64,000 bases of DNA from an uncultured Oscillospiraceae bacterium (GCA_964533825.1 CAZHMU010000001.1:103978-167977); one strand, 5' to 3'. Positions 17,202-27,046 are shown, numbered from the stretch's first letter. The notes: generated from the sequence alone by a model not told the origin. A program made the numbers and translations.

Positions 17202-17248
17202 GCACTATTTTGTAAATGTTGAAATGTTGAGTTGTTGTCAAACAGTAA

Positions 17249-18253
17249 TTATTCCTCTTCAACTGGTGGGTTGAGTTCAGCCTTGACGGTTGCTTGGATA
17301 GACTCCATAATTTCTGGATGAGCTTCCAACCAAGCCTTTGCCTTCTCACGGCCTTGAGCGATTTTTTCGCCGTTGTAACTAAACCAAGAACCACTCTTTT
17401 CGATAATGCCACGCTCAACTGCTGCATCCAAAATGCAAGCAGAGTTGGAAATACCCTTACCAAAGATGATTTCAAACTCGGCAGTCTTGAAGGGAGGTGC
17501 AACCTTGTTTTTTACAACCTTTACGCGAGTTTTGCTACCAACAATGTCAGAGCCATCCTTGACTTGGTCGATACGTCTTACATCCAAACGAACGCTGGAA
17601 TAAAATTTGAGTGCCTTGCCGCCTGTAGTGGTTTCTGGACTACCAAACATAACGCCGATTTTGTCACGAAGTTGGTTGATGAAGATGATGCAAGTGTTGG
17701 ACTTGTTGCCAATTGCCACCAGCTTACGCAATGCTTGAGACATCAAGCGTGCTTGGACACCCATATGGCTTTCGCCCATATCGCCTTCCAATTCGGACTT
17801 TGGTGTCAATGCTGCAACGGAGTCCACAACGATAAGATCCACTGCATTACTACGAACAAGGTATTCCAAAATGTCCAAAGCTTGCTCACCACTATCCGGT
17901 TGAGAAATGTACAGCTCGTCAAGATTGATGCCAAGGTTCTTTGCATACACTGGGTCCAAAGCTTGTTCAGCATCGATAAATGCTGCTGTGCCACCCATTT
18001 TTTGTACTTGCGCAATAACGTGCAATGTTACAGTTGTTTTACCTGACGCTTCTGGTCCATAGATTTCGATAATACGTCCTTTGGGCAAACCGCCGATACC
18101 AAGCGCAAGGTCCAAAGTCAAACAACCTGTTGGGATAACTTCGATATTGCGAGTTGCAGCATAGCTACCCAATTTCATAATGGAGCCTTTGCCAAACTCT
18201 TTTTCTATTTGCAAAATGGTCTGTTCCAGAGCCTTTTTCTTGTCATCTGTCAT
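17249..18253 (-). CDS. recA: Recombinase RecA
   Basis: Walker [10 protein letters not shown] and near-complete RecA sequence. AGGAGAA RBS. Confidence 0.97.
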   Translation of the reverse strand: MTDDKKKALEQTILQIEKEFGKGSIMKLGSYAATRNIEVIPTGCLTLDLALGIGGLPKGRIIEIYGPEASGKTTVTLHVIAQVQKMGGTAAFIDAEQALDPVYAKNLGINLDELYISQPDSGEQALDILEYLVRSNAVDLIVVDSVAALTPKSELEGDMGESHMGVQARLMSQALRKLVAIGNKSNTCIIFINQLRDKIGVMFGSPETTTGGKALKFYSSVRLDVRRIDQVKDGSDIVGSKTRVKVVKNKVAPPFKTAEFEIIFGKGISNSACILDAAVERGIIEKSGSWFSYNGEKIAQGREKAKAWLEAHPEIMESIQATVKAELNPPVEEE

Positions 18254-18281
18254 TTTACTGTTCTCCTATGTTTGTATAATA

Positions 18282-18310
18282 ATTATATACTATTTGCAAT
18301 AATTTTGCAA
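18282..18310 (-). promoter_or_regulatory. sigma-A type promoter of recA
   Basis: Minus strand reads TTGCAA - 17 nt - TATAAT. Confidence 0.6.
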
Positions 18311-18317
18311 CTGTTTT

Positions 18318-18331
18318 AGAATATTTGTTCT
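18318..18331 (-). promoter_or_regulatory. LexA (SOS) box upstream of recA
   Basis: Minus strand reads AGAACAAATATTCT. This is one mismatch from the palindrome AGAAC-N4-GTTCT and lies 7 nt upstream of the -35. Confidence 0.6.
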
Positions 18332-18334
18332 AAA

Positions 18335-19495
18335 TTATTTTGTAATACTTTTGATAACTAAAAATAGAGCCGTATTTGTCACTTGAGCGCGTATTGTATT
18401 GCGGTCGCCCACAAATACGTTTTTGTGAACTGTCACACCATTGCGACTGCCTACGGCAATATAGCAAAGTCCAACGGGAGTTTTACCAGTCACATCCGGA
18501 CCAGCATAGCCGGTGGTTGCAACAACGATGTCGCTACCACTTTTGAGCAGACCTTCCGCCATGGCATTGGCAACTTGTGGCGAAACAGCACCATACTCGT
18601 CGATGTAGTGCGGGGAAATATCCAAGCGCTTGCTCTTCGCCACACTGGAGTAAGTGACAGCTCCTTCGTAAAACACTGCACTTGAACCGGCAATATCAAC
18701 GATAGACGAGGCAATCAAACCACCAGTGATAGATTCCGCTGTAGAAACTGTACGATTGATTTGAGACAACAAATCCACTACTGTTTTGGCCAACGATTGG
18801 TCACAGTTGGCATAGATACCAGCGCCAAACAATGAGTTGAACTGCTCAAGCGTTTGAGCGATTACACCTTTGGAAGTCTTTGCTGGTAGCAACAATGTGA
18901 TGCGACTATCCAAATTGTCGGTATCACAACTACGTTGGACAATTTTAGGAAGGGTATCTAAGCGCTTGTTTACTTCAGTAGCGGGCAAACCAAACACTTT
19001 AAAAACGTATTTTATCATACCAACCTGGTCGCGCGACAAGCTTTTTGATACGTAGTTATCATACAAAACCTCGCACTCGCGGTGATCGTCAGGTAAAATA
19101 TAAATTTTGTTCTTGTTATACTCGCCACAGCAACCACATTGATAACCATAAACTGCCGAGTAATGAATAAAGGTCTCGGGGATAGTACAAATTTTATCCA
19201 AAACGTGCTGTGCTGGCATGGCAATTTTTGCAAGCTTACAATACTCTGCAACGTACTTTTCTGCATAGGTGTCGTAAAACATAGTTAGGTTGAAAGTGTC
19301 GGCAAACAATGTTGAGTAGTCGCCAACGTTACCAATCATAATTACGTCATCTTTTTGTACGCCTTCGTTCAAATAGTTACGAGATGATGCCACGCTGTTG
19401 GTAACCAACAAGTCGTACTTGATACCGTCACAACGCAGTTTGTCGCAAAGCAGGCGCACTGCCTTGCTATGTTCTTTTGTAAGTAGTTTTATCAT
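18335..19495 (-). CDS. cinA: CinA-family competence/damage-inducible protein (PncC-type C-domain)
   Basis: The C-terminal CinA domain (STAESITGGLIASSIVD...ATTGYAGP) is clear. The N-terminal MoCF-like domain is recognisable but degenerate. The gene is immediately upstream of recA, and its ATG overlaps the pgsA stop (ATGA). Confidence 0.8.
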   Translation of the reverse strand: MIKLLTKEHSKAVRLLCDKLRCDGIKYDLLVTNSVASSRNYLNEGVQKDDVIMIGNVGDYSTLFADTFNLTMFYDTYAEKYVAEYCKLAKIAMPAQHVLDKICTIPETFIHYSAVYGYQCGCCGEYNKNKIYILPDDHRECEVLYDNYVSKSLSRDQVGMIKYVFKVFGLPATEVNKRLDTLPKIVQRSCDTDNLDSRITLLLPAKTSKGVIAQTLEQFNSLFGAGIYANCDQSLAKTVVDLLSQINRTVSTAESITGGLIASSIVDIAGSSAVFYEGAVTYSSVAKSKRLDISPHYIDEYGAVSPQVANAMAEGLLKSGSDIVVATTGYAGPDVTGKTPVGLCYIAVGSRNGVTVHKNVFVGDRNTIRAQVTNTALFLVIKSITK

Positions 19496-20172
19496 TTGTC
19501 TGAAAATACCTTTCTATTTTGTACAATATAAACAACGCCAGAAACAATCGTCATAACGATGGACACCGCAAACAAAATTGCGCCAACCCAGGACAACACA
19601 TTGTAGACATTGGTCAAAAGATCCATGCTCTTCTCATAAAAACTGACAAGCGAACAAAAATCCAACTCACGCGCAAGAGATTCGCAAGCAACCAGCACAG
19701 GGATACTTACGTTCAAGCAAACAGTTTTGACTTTGCCATAGACGTTTGCTTGCACTACTGTACCTTTGGATGCAGCAATCATACGCACCGCATCAATAAG
19801 CAACTCACGAGAAAGGACCAATGCGCCACTAACAGCGAAGAAAATATGACCGCTTTGCAAAGAATTTGCGCCATAGGCAATGCCCATTACGGGATGACCA
19901 CCAAGGCTTTGGCGAAGTGGATTGGTTGCTACCAAACAAAAAAGTGCCGCGCACACAAGAATTTTGTCAGCAATTGGATCTAAAAGCTTACCAAGAGTTG
20001 TTACGAGATTGTGTTTTCTGGCAATGTAACCATCTAAAAAATCGGTAATTGCCGCCAAAATAAATATACCAAGCGCAATGCATGGAGCCCAAGAGTATGG
20101 CAAAAAGTATGCCACAAGAAACAATGGCACCATCACAATACGGAGGATGGACAATTTGTTGGGTAGATTCAT
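19492..20172 (-). CDS. pgsA: CDP-diacylglycerol--glycerol-3-phosphate 3-phosphatidyltransferase
   Basis: CDP-alcohol phosphatidyltransferase motif DFLDGYIARK..G..LDPIADK. ATG 20172 overlaps the rimO stop (ATGA). The track start at 20226 is over-extended. Confidence 0.88.
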   Translation of the reverse strand: MNLPNKLSILRIVMVPLFLVAYFLPYSWAPCIALGIFILAAITDFLDGYIARKHNLVTTLGKLLDPIADKILVCAALFCLVATNPLRQSLGGHPVMGIAYGANSLQSGHIFFAVSGALVLSRELLIDAVRMIAASKGTVVQANVYGKVKTVCLNVSIPVLVACESLARELDFCSLVSFYEKSMDLLTNVYNVLSWVGAILFAVSIVMTIVSGVVYIVQNRKVFSDK

Positions 20173-21491
20173 AGTGCTTCTCCTATAAGGTCGTACTCCA
20201 ATGCATTTGTAATTTTTACATCGCAAAAACTGCCAAGAGGCAATTCGCGGTCAGAAATAATCATAACATTGCCATCAATGTCTGGAGCCATAAAGTAGGT
20301 GCGACCTATATAAAAATACTTGCCATCGCGAACTTCTTGCAGGCTTTCAACAATACACTCGTACACTTTGCTAACATCGTTACTGTTGAGCTCTTGCACC
20401 ACCTTTTGTTGCACCTTGTAGCACTTTGCAACGTATCTCTCTTTGGTACGTTTAGGTAGATGCCCTTCGAAATCATAAGACCTTGTGCCTTCTTCGCGAG
20501 AGTAAGCAAAAAAGCCAACATTGCGCAGTTTGTACTTGCGCAAAAAATCACAGATTAGTTCAACGCTTTCTTTTGTTTCCCCTGGGAAACCACAAATAAA
20601 TGTAGAGCGAACCGCAATGCCATTGTTAGCAAGCTTGTCGAACAATTTGCAAATGCTTGCGTAATTGGAACGGCGATTCATCTTGCGCAAAATGCCGTCA
20701 TCTACGTGTTGCAACGGAACATCAACACACTTGACAATCTTGTCATTGTTAGCAATTTCATCAATCAGCGCATCATCCATAAGCTCTGGATAGCAGTACA
20801 AAAGTCGTATCCAATGGATGTTTTCGATAGCGGAAAGTTGTTTGAGCAACTCAACCAAACGAATTTCGCCATACAAATCCTTGCCGTAGCGTGTGGTATC
20901 TTGCGCAACAAGGATGAACTCGCGTACACCACCATCAGCCAAACTTTTGGCGTGGGTAACAATGTCTTCCATTGGCACAGAACGGAAACGACCGCGAATG
21001 TAAGGGATTAGACAATACGTACAAAAATTATTGCAACCATCGCTTGTCTTGAGATAAGCAACGTGTGGCGCAGTAGTCAAAATGCGGTCGCCAAAAGTGA
21101 TTGCATCGTTGCAGTTAACGTACAAATCACGCTTTCCTGCAACTACGCCATCAACAACTTCGCAAATTTTGTCGTAGTCATTGGTGCCAACAACAGCGTC
21201 AATTTCCGGAAGGCCCACAAAAACTTCTTCGCCAAATTTTTGGCCAAGGCAACCGGTCACAACAAGCTTTTTGCCGGTGCCTTCTTTGACGTGCGCCATC
21301 TCTAAAATAGTATCAATAGCTTCTTCGCGAGAAGATTGCAAAAACGCACAAGTGTTGACGATTAGCACATCGGCATCATTGGGATTGTTTGTGATTTGAT
21401 AACCGCCCTTGGCAAGGTTGGCAAGCATAACTTCGGTGTCGATTCGATTTTTGTCACAGCCAAGGGAGATTACTCCAACTTTAGTGTTCAT
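20169..21491 (-). CDS. rimO: Ribosomal protein S12 methylthiotransferase RimO
   Basis: UPF0004 N-domain, radical-SAM CNNFCTYC, C-terminal TRAM domain. Confidence 0.92.
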   Translation of the reverse strand: MNTKVGVISLGCDKNRIDTEVMLANLAKGGYQITNNPNDADVLIVNTCAFLQSSREEAIDTILEMAHVKEGTGKKLVVTGCLGQKFGEEVFVGLPEIDAVVGTNDYDKICEVVDGVVAGKRDLYVNCNDAITFGDRILTTAPHVAYLKTSDGCNNFCTYCLIPYIRGRFRSVPMEDIVTHAKSLADGGVREFILVAQDTTRYGKDLYGEIRLVELLKQLSAIENIHWIRLLYCYPELMDDALIDEIANNDKIVKCVDVPLQHVDDGILRKMNRRSNYASICKLFDKLANNGIAVRSTFICGFPGETKESVELICDFLRKYKLRNVGFFAYSREEGTRSYDFEGHLPKRTKERYVAKCYKVQQKVVQELNSNDVSKVYECIVESLQEVRDGKYFYIGRTYFMAPDIDGNVMIISDRELPLGSFCDVKITNALEYDLIGEAL

Positions 21492-21503
21492 TTGTTTTTC
21501 CTA

Positions 21504-24455
21504 TTAAATATTTTCCATATCTTCGTCTGTAACATCAGGGAACAATTCATCAAGTTGCTCCAAAGTTACAAGCACTTTAACTGGGCGAGAAGATGAGTCA
21601 GAGTCGGAAAGCTTTGCAATGTAGCCAAGCTTTTCGCACATATCTCTGATTGTTCCGCCCTTGTTGAAACCTACACGGATACCACGTTGCAATGATGACG
21701 TTGATGCAAGGCCACGTTTTTCCGTCAGCCAGTACCTCAACGCCTTTTTGCAGTAAATTCGATACTCACGTTGTTCGTGAAGTGGAACTCCGTTTTCGTC
21801 ATCGCCAAGATCGGGCACTTCGTCAGGTTCTTCCGGCTTGTTAGAAAGGAAGATTTCATTTGTGATACTATCATCAAAGTACAACTCATTGCTGTCTCGC
21901 AAGAACTCAACCAGCGACTTTATTTCGTCATTGCTTACATATGCGCCTTGGATACGCGCGGGGCTGGACGCACCAGGTCCAATGTATAGCATATCACCAT
22001 TACCCAAAAGTTTGTCTGCACCAGCACCATTGATGATGGTCTTGCTGTCTTGTGGCGCAGGAACTTTCAAAGCCATACGGCAAGAAAGGTTATTTTTGAT
22101 AGTACCGGTGATAACGTTTACGTCAGGACGTTGAGTTGCCAACACGATATGAATACCGCTGGCACGCGCTTTAGCCGTCAAACGACCAAGACGCTCCTCA
22201 AATCCTTTTTTGTTTGTGGACATCAAGTCAGCCAACTCGTCAACAATGTAGATGAGATATGGCATACGTTGTACAAGTTTTGGATTGATAGTTTTGTTGT
22301 AGTTTACAATGTTATCAACACCATTTTGTTTGAAAAGTTGGTATCTGGATTCCATCTCCTTTACAAGGTAGTCCATACCAGCCAACGCATCATTGATGTT
22401 GACGATTGTTTCACGTGTCAACATATGTGGGATACCATTGTAGCGAGAGAGTTCTACGTATTTTGGGTCCACCATCAAGAAACGCAAGTACTCTGGGCCA
22501 TACTTGTACATAAGGCTGACAATAAGACAGTTCAATGCAACCGACTTACCAGAACCAGTTGTACCAGCTACCAACAAGTGTGGCATGCTTGCCAAGTCAC
22601 CTGTGATGACATTACCGATAAGATCCTTACCGATTGCAAATACCAAACGTCCTTTTGCATTTTTGAAGGTATCCGACTCCAACAAAGAGCGCAGGTACAC
22701 TGGAGTTTTTTGCTTGTTGGCAACTTCGATACCGACCAGGTTTGTACCTTGGATAGGCGCATGGATAAGAATATCATCCGGAGCTTCCAAGCAGGCTTTG
22801 AGGTCATCCGCATACGCTGCAAAGTCGCTCATACGAGTTTTTTCCGAAATTACTTTGAAGCGATATTGAGTAACAGATGGTCCAACAATAATATCATTGA
22901 GCTCTACTTTGATACCAAACACGCCAAGCTTGCGGACAATTTCTACCGCAGCCCTTTGACGATCTTCGTCGCCGTGATCGACAGTAATGACAGCATCCGA
23001 CAACAAATCACATGGCGGAGCTACGTAGTCCATATATTGATGGACAGTTTGCTTTACCTTGTCCAACTGTTCAGCCGTCACAAAGTCCAAACGAGCTTGC
23101 ACGGCGCCGTTTCCAAGTGGAGTTTCCCCTTCTACTGCGATAACTTCGTCTGGGTCGTAAGCCCGGGTTGGAGTTTGGGCTGGAGCAGGCTTTGCCTTTG
23201 GCTGTGGGGCAGATCTAACAACAGGCGCAGGCTCAATAAATGGCGGTTCATCTTGATAGTCGTCTTGGTCATCATCCACCACTACATCGACAATATCCAC
23301 TTGCGGTTGCTTCACAGGTGCAGGTTGATAAGTGGGAGTTTTTACCACAGGTTTCTCGACTATGGGGGGCTCTTGGGTAACGACAACAGGTTTTACAATG
23401 ACAGGTTGTTCAACTACCATGGGGGCAGGTTTCTCTACCGCAGTAGGAGTTGGTTGTTCAATAACTGCTGGTTTTGTAACAACCGGAACTTCCACTTCTT
23501 GAACAGGGGGCGTCGAAATTTTCCAACTGGATGTTGGTTCTTCAGTAGGAGTTACCGGTTTTGCACCACCTCGCACAATGGGTGGATCATCGTCATTGTC
23601 AGTTTCATCAGTTTGCGCACCACCGAAGAAGCTACTACCAGGTGTAACCTTTTGCTCCTGTGGGAACAAAATTTGTTGTGCAGTTTGTACCGTCGGTTGC
23701 ACAGGTTGTGGAGTGTCAATGATAGTTTGTGGAGCGAAAGTGAAAGTCTCTTGTGGAGCCACTTGCACCATTGGAGTTTTTATTTCTTCTGGATAGTCGG
23801 TTGCACCTTCACCCATAATGGTTGCCCAAGCTTGTGTTCTACGGATTTCCGCATCATCAACAACCTGTGTTGGAGCAGCTACAGGAGTAGGTGTTTCCGT
23901 TGTGTTGTCCACTTCTTGGAGCAGTGTAATTTTGCCGGTAAAATAACAGTAGAAAAAGTCACCTGTTACAATAACAGTCCAGGCAAGAAAACCTACAATA
24001 ATAACCAAAGAACCCCAAAAAGTGAGTGCGCTTTCCAAAACATATACGATAGAACCAAGCACCACACCACCAAAAGAGATAAAGTCGTAGTAGTTAAACA
24101 AGTAGCCTACGTAGCTTGAATATGCAACGATCTCTTTGCCCTCAGTTTGGATGTAAAAGCGAGATGTCAAAGAGTGGACAAACAGCACCACAGCTACAAA
24201 CAACAAGATAAAGTTTATGACATACTTAGCTGGGATGCGAATTTTGCGTCCGGACAAAGCAAAGGAGCAAGCCGCAATGATACCGAAGAGGATGCCATAA
24301 AAAGACATACCAAAAGCACCTAGGAAGAAACCAGCAACATATTTGAGTGTTGCTCCAAAGTATCTTCCGCAGAAAGACAAAATAGCAAGCACCGAGCATA
24401 CTACAATGCCAACAATATATTTCGTTTTTTGACCTTTTGTAAGTTTGTTTGCCAT
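21504..24455 (-). CDS. ftsK: DNA translocase FtsK/SpoIIIE
   Basis: N-terminal TM segments, a P/V/E/Q-rich linker of ~280 aa, motor domain with Walker A GTTGSGKS, and a C-terminal gamma wHTH. GGAGG RBS. Confidence 0.95.
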   Translation of the reverse strand: MANKLTKGQKTKYIVGIVVCSVLAILSFCGRYFGATLKYVAGFFLGAFGMSFYGILFGIIAACSFALSGRKIRIPAKYVINFILLFVAVVLFVHSLTSRFYIQTEGKEIVAYSSYVGYLFNYYDFISFGGVVLGSIVYVLESALTFWGSLVIIVGFLAWTVIVTGDFFYCYFTGKITLLQEVDNTTETPTPVAAPTQVVDDAEIRRTQAWATIMGEGATDYPEEIKTPMVQVAPQETFTFAPQTIIDTPQPVQPTVQTAQQILFPQEQKVTPGSSFFGGAQTDETDNDDDPPIVRGGAKPVTPTEEPTSSWKISTPPVQEVEVPVVTKPAVIEQPTPTAVEKPAPMVVEQPVIVKPVVVTQEPPIVEKPVVKTPTYQPAPVKQPQVDIVDVVVDDDQDDYQDEPPFIEPAPVVRSAPQPKAKPAPAQTPTRAYDPDEVIAVEGETPLGNGAVQARLDFVTAEQLDKVKQTVHQYMDYVAPPCDLLSDAVITVDHGDEDRQRAAVEIVRKLGVFGIKVELNDIIVGPSVTQYRFKVISEKTRMSDFAAYADDLKACLEAPDDILIHAPIQGTNLVGIEVANKQKTPVYLRSLLESDTFKNAKGRLVFAIGKDLIGNVITGDLASMPHLLVAGTTGSGKSVALNCLIVSLMYKYGPEYLRFLMVDPKYVELSRYNGIPHMLTRETIVNINDALAGMDYLVKEMESRYQLFKQNGVDNIVNYNKTINPKLVQRMPYLIYIVDELADLMSTNKKGFEERLGRLTAKARASGIHIVLATQRPDVNVITGTIKNNLSCRMALKVPAPQDSKTIINGAGADKLLGNGDMLYIGPGASSPARIQGAYVSNDEIKSLVEFLRDSNELYFDDSITNEIFLSNKPEEPDEVPDLGDDENGVPLHEQREYRIYCKKALRYWLTEKRGLASTSSLQRGIRVGFNKGGTIRDMCEKLGYIAKLSDSDSSSRPVKVLVTLEQLDELFPDVTDEDMENI

Positions 24456-24483
24456 AAAAGCCTCCGCTTATAGTTACAATTTG

Positions 24484-24864
24484 TTAAAATTTTACCGAAT
24501 AGATGACGTAGCAAGTGTTGAATACAAAGTCACTGGAAGCCACGTCCTCCTCCATCTCCCAATAATGCTCCTCGTGGAAGTCCAAAAATGCAAGGGCATT
24601 GGGGTCGCTTGGATCCACTTCACGCAACATGCGTTGCATATCCCCTTTCATAAAGGATGTTGTCGCGTGGAACAAAATTTCTTTTTCGTCCTCTGTCGTA
24701 TCGGCAGAACAGATGCCGTAGTGTTCAAGCTTGATTTCCTTTGCGCCAATCTTGTGTAGCCGTGTTACCATACGGCCAGTGTAGCGGTAACCGCTGTACA
24801 CGTTGTATTTATAGAAAGAGTAAAATTGCTCCCAAATTTCGTCCTTGTCTGGGTGAGCAAACAC
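24484..24864 (-). CDS. Hypothetical protein occupying the ylzJ position directly upstream of ftsK
   Basis: 126-codon ORF ending 28 nt before the ftsK start. The only available start is a GTG with no visible SD. No motif recognised. The positional analogy to B. subtilis ylzJ-spoIIIE is from memory. Confidence 0.4.
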   Translation of the reverse strand: MFAHPDKDEIWEQFYSFYKYNVYSGYRYTGRMVTRLHKIGAKEIKLEHYGICSADTTEDEKEILFHATTSFMKGDMQRMLREVDPSDPNALAFLDFHEEHYWEMEEDVASSDFVFNTCYVIYSVKF

Positions 24865-25217
24865 TGCGCATGGAAAAGGACAAAGTTACACTATACAGTT
24901 TTGATAATATATATTATACAATATGTTGTCAATTTTAGCAATAGATAAAAAACAAAGAGTGTCTATAATTTTTCACTTTTGTGAAAGAAAATATGCGCAC
25001 CGCATTGAGTACGCATATTGATTTGAATATGGGATGTGTTTTGTTGCTTGCTTTAAGAACGCAGTCACGTATGAATAGTTTGCGAGTATAAATTCTCTGA
25101 CTTTGGAACCCTTGCAAAATGCACTATCAATTCGAGAAAATATTAACATTGCAAATCAAAATACAAGTGTACTGGAGCAGACAACAAAAAACAAGGTGAG
25201 GCAGTGTGTAAACAGAA

Positions 25218-26483
25218 TTATACTTCGACAGCAATTTTGGCAACAGCACCATAGTCGTCAATTTGTTTGCCAACGTAAGCAGACGCGTGCTTTTGGGTAA
25301 ATATTTGGCGTGCAACATCGTTGATGTCTTGTACAGTCAAAGATGTGTAACCATCAATTTCCTCCTGCACATTGAAAAGCTTGCCACTTTTTAGCATACA
25401 ACGACCATACAAACGCATTAGCGTCATATTACTTTCCGCGTTCATATACAAAGCATTTACCGCTTGCACCTTTGCGCGAGAAAGTTCCTTTTCCGTCACA
25501 CCATTTTTAACAAGGTCTGTCAGCACTTTTTGCAAAAGCTGGCATACGAGTTGATTGTTCTCTGGACTGCAACCAACGTAGATTTCGAAGTTGCCACAAT
25601 TTTCGTAGTAGGATGGATAAGCGTACACTGAGTAAGCAAGGCCATGCTGTTCACGAATTACTTGCACCAGACGACTGGACATACCGCCACCCAAGATATT
25701 TGCAAGCAGACTCAATGCGTAACGCTTAGGAGAATCGACACTAACACCACCCCAAGACAACTGCAAGTGCGCTTGCTCTATATCCTTGAAAGCGTGCAGA
25801 AACTTATCGCAATAGGCAACGCTTGGCACAGGGGAAATATCCTCAAAAGCACCTTCAAAATTGCTTTCGAAGTACCTTTCAACAAGTTTGTCCAGTTGAT
25901 TGAAATCGAACTTACCTGCCACTGAAATGACGGTTTTGGATGGAATATAGTGTTTCTTCTTGAAATTCAAGATACTATGTCTGTCACAGTATTTTATATT
26001 ATCGCGCAAACCCAGTATAGTTTGCCCCATTGGCTGTTCGAAATACAGCGCAGAGGATATCAAATCCTGAACTAAATCATCGGGAGTATCTTCGCACATT
26101 TTGATTTCTTCAAGCACCACTCCGCGCTCTTTGTCTAGCTCTTCTTGCGGAAACTGCGCATTGAAGTACATATCAGACAAAACGTCAACGCACTTTTCCA
26201 GCTCGGTATGCGCACTCTTTGTGTAAAAGCAAGTGTTCTCCTTGGAAGTAAAAGCGTTGATGTTTGCGCCGATATCTTCCAGCTCTTCGCTGATTTGCAA
26301 TGCGTTGCGCTTGTTGGTGCCTTTGAACATAAGGTGTTCAATAAAGTGAGAAAAACCATTAGTACTTTTATCTTCACGCACACTACCGACATCCACATAC
26401 ACCCCAAAAACAACTGTGTATGCGTGGTCAATTTGTTTTGCTACAAGTGTCAAACCACTTGGATATTTCTTTGTGTATTCCAT
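25218..26483 (-). CDS. M16 family zinc peptidase (insulinase-like; MlpA/YmxG-type)
   Basis: Inverted zinc motif HFIEHLMFKG (HxxEH). AGGAG RBS. Confidence 0.9.
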   Translation of the reverse strand: MEYTKKYPSGLTLVAKQIDHAYTVVFGVYVDVGSVREDKSTNGFSHFIEHLMFKGTNKRNALQISEELEDIGANINAFTSKENTCFYTKSAHTELEKCVDVLSDMYFNAQFPQEELDKERGVVLEEIKMCEDTPDDLVQDLISSALYFEQPMGQTILGLRDNIKYCDRHSILNFKKKHYIPSKTVISVAGKFDFNQLDKLVERYFESNFEGAFEDISPVPSVAYCDKFLHAFKDIEQAHLQLSWGGVSVDSPKRYALSLLANILGGGMSSRLVQVIREQHGLAYSVYAYPSYYENCGNFEIYVGCSPENNQLVCQLLQKVLTDLVKNGVTEKELSRAKVQAVNALYMNAESNMTLMRLYGRCMLKSGKLFNVQEEIDGYTSLTVQDINDVARQIFTQKHASAYVGKQIDDYGAVAKIAVEV

Positions 26484-26593
26484 ATTACTCCTTTGTTAGT
26501 TGTTACCTAATACTGCGTAAGTTAGTTATCTGACAGTGATGGTGGTTATCGAATAGCCCTCGCAATTAGACGAGCTTTTTAGCAGAAAACTCG

Positions 26594-27046
26594 CTAAACA
26601 ATGTCTTTTCGCAACAATGGTTCTTCGCTTATTTGCGCATCTTTGAAACTATCATAAAAATGATTGGCAGCGTCGCTAGTAGCTCTTATTAGAAAGTATT
26701 GATTAATTGCATTTTTCTTACAATCTGTTTCAAACTCTTGAAATAGTGCTTTGGCAATACCTTGCTTACGATAGTCCTTGAGAACATATACGTAGTCAAC
26801 ATAGGCCATTCTAAATCCATCCTGAACGCAACCATAAAAATGATATTCAATACGTCCAACTACTTGACCATCTTTGATGGCTAAAATCGATTTTGTCTTT
26901 TGATAAAACGGATCATTAACACGCTTAACTATCTCGACAATATTTACATCCTCAATCCACATTTGCTCAGCATCTTCAGCAAGAGCCTTTTGCAGATACT
27001 CTATATATTTATCAACATTGTCGTTGCATAAAAATTCGTATTTCAT
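26594..27046 (-). CDS. GNAT family N-acetyltransferase
   Basis: ~150 aa with an acetyl-CoA site pattern YRKQGIAKALF. AT-rich relative to neighbours. Confidence 0.8.
   Translation of the reverse strand: MKYEFLCNDNVDKYIEYLQKALAEDAEQMWIEDVNIVEIVKRVNDPFYQKTKSILAIKDGQVVGRIEYHFYGCVQDGFRMAYVDYVYVLKDYRKQGIAKALFQEFETDCKKNAINQYFLIRATSDAANHFYDSFKDAQISEEPLLRKDIV

Noticed and set aside
22050-24119. 689-codon ORF on the + strand, antisense to ftsK.
   Set aside because: It lies entirely inside a clearly real, motif-rich gene on the other strand. The translation is low-complexity (Trp/Arg/Cys/Phe-rich) with no RBS. Such mirror ORFs arise when the sense gene avoids TTA/CTA/TCA codons, so the aligned antisense frame lacks stops.
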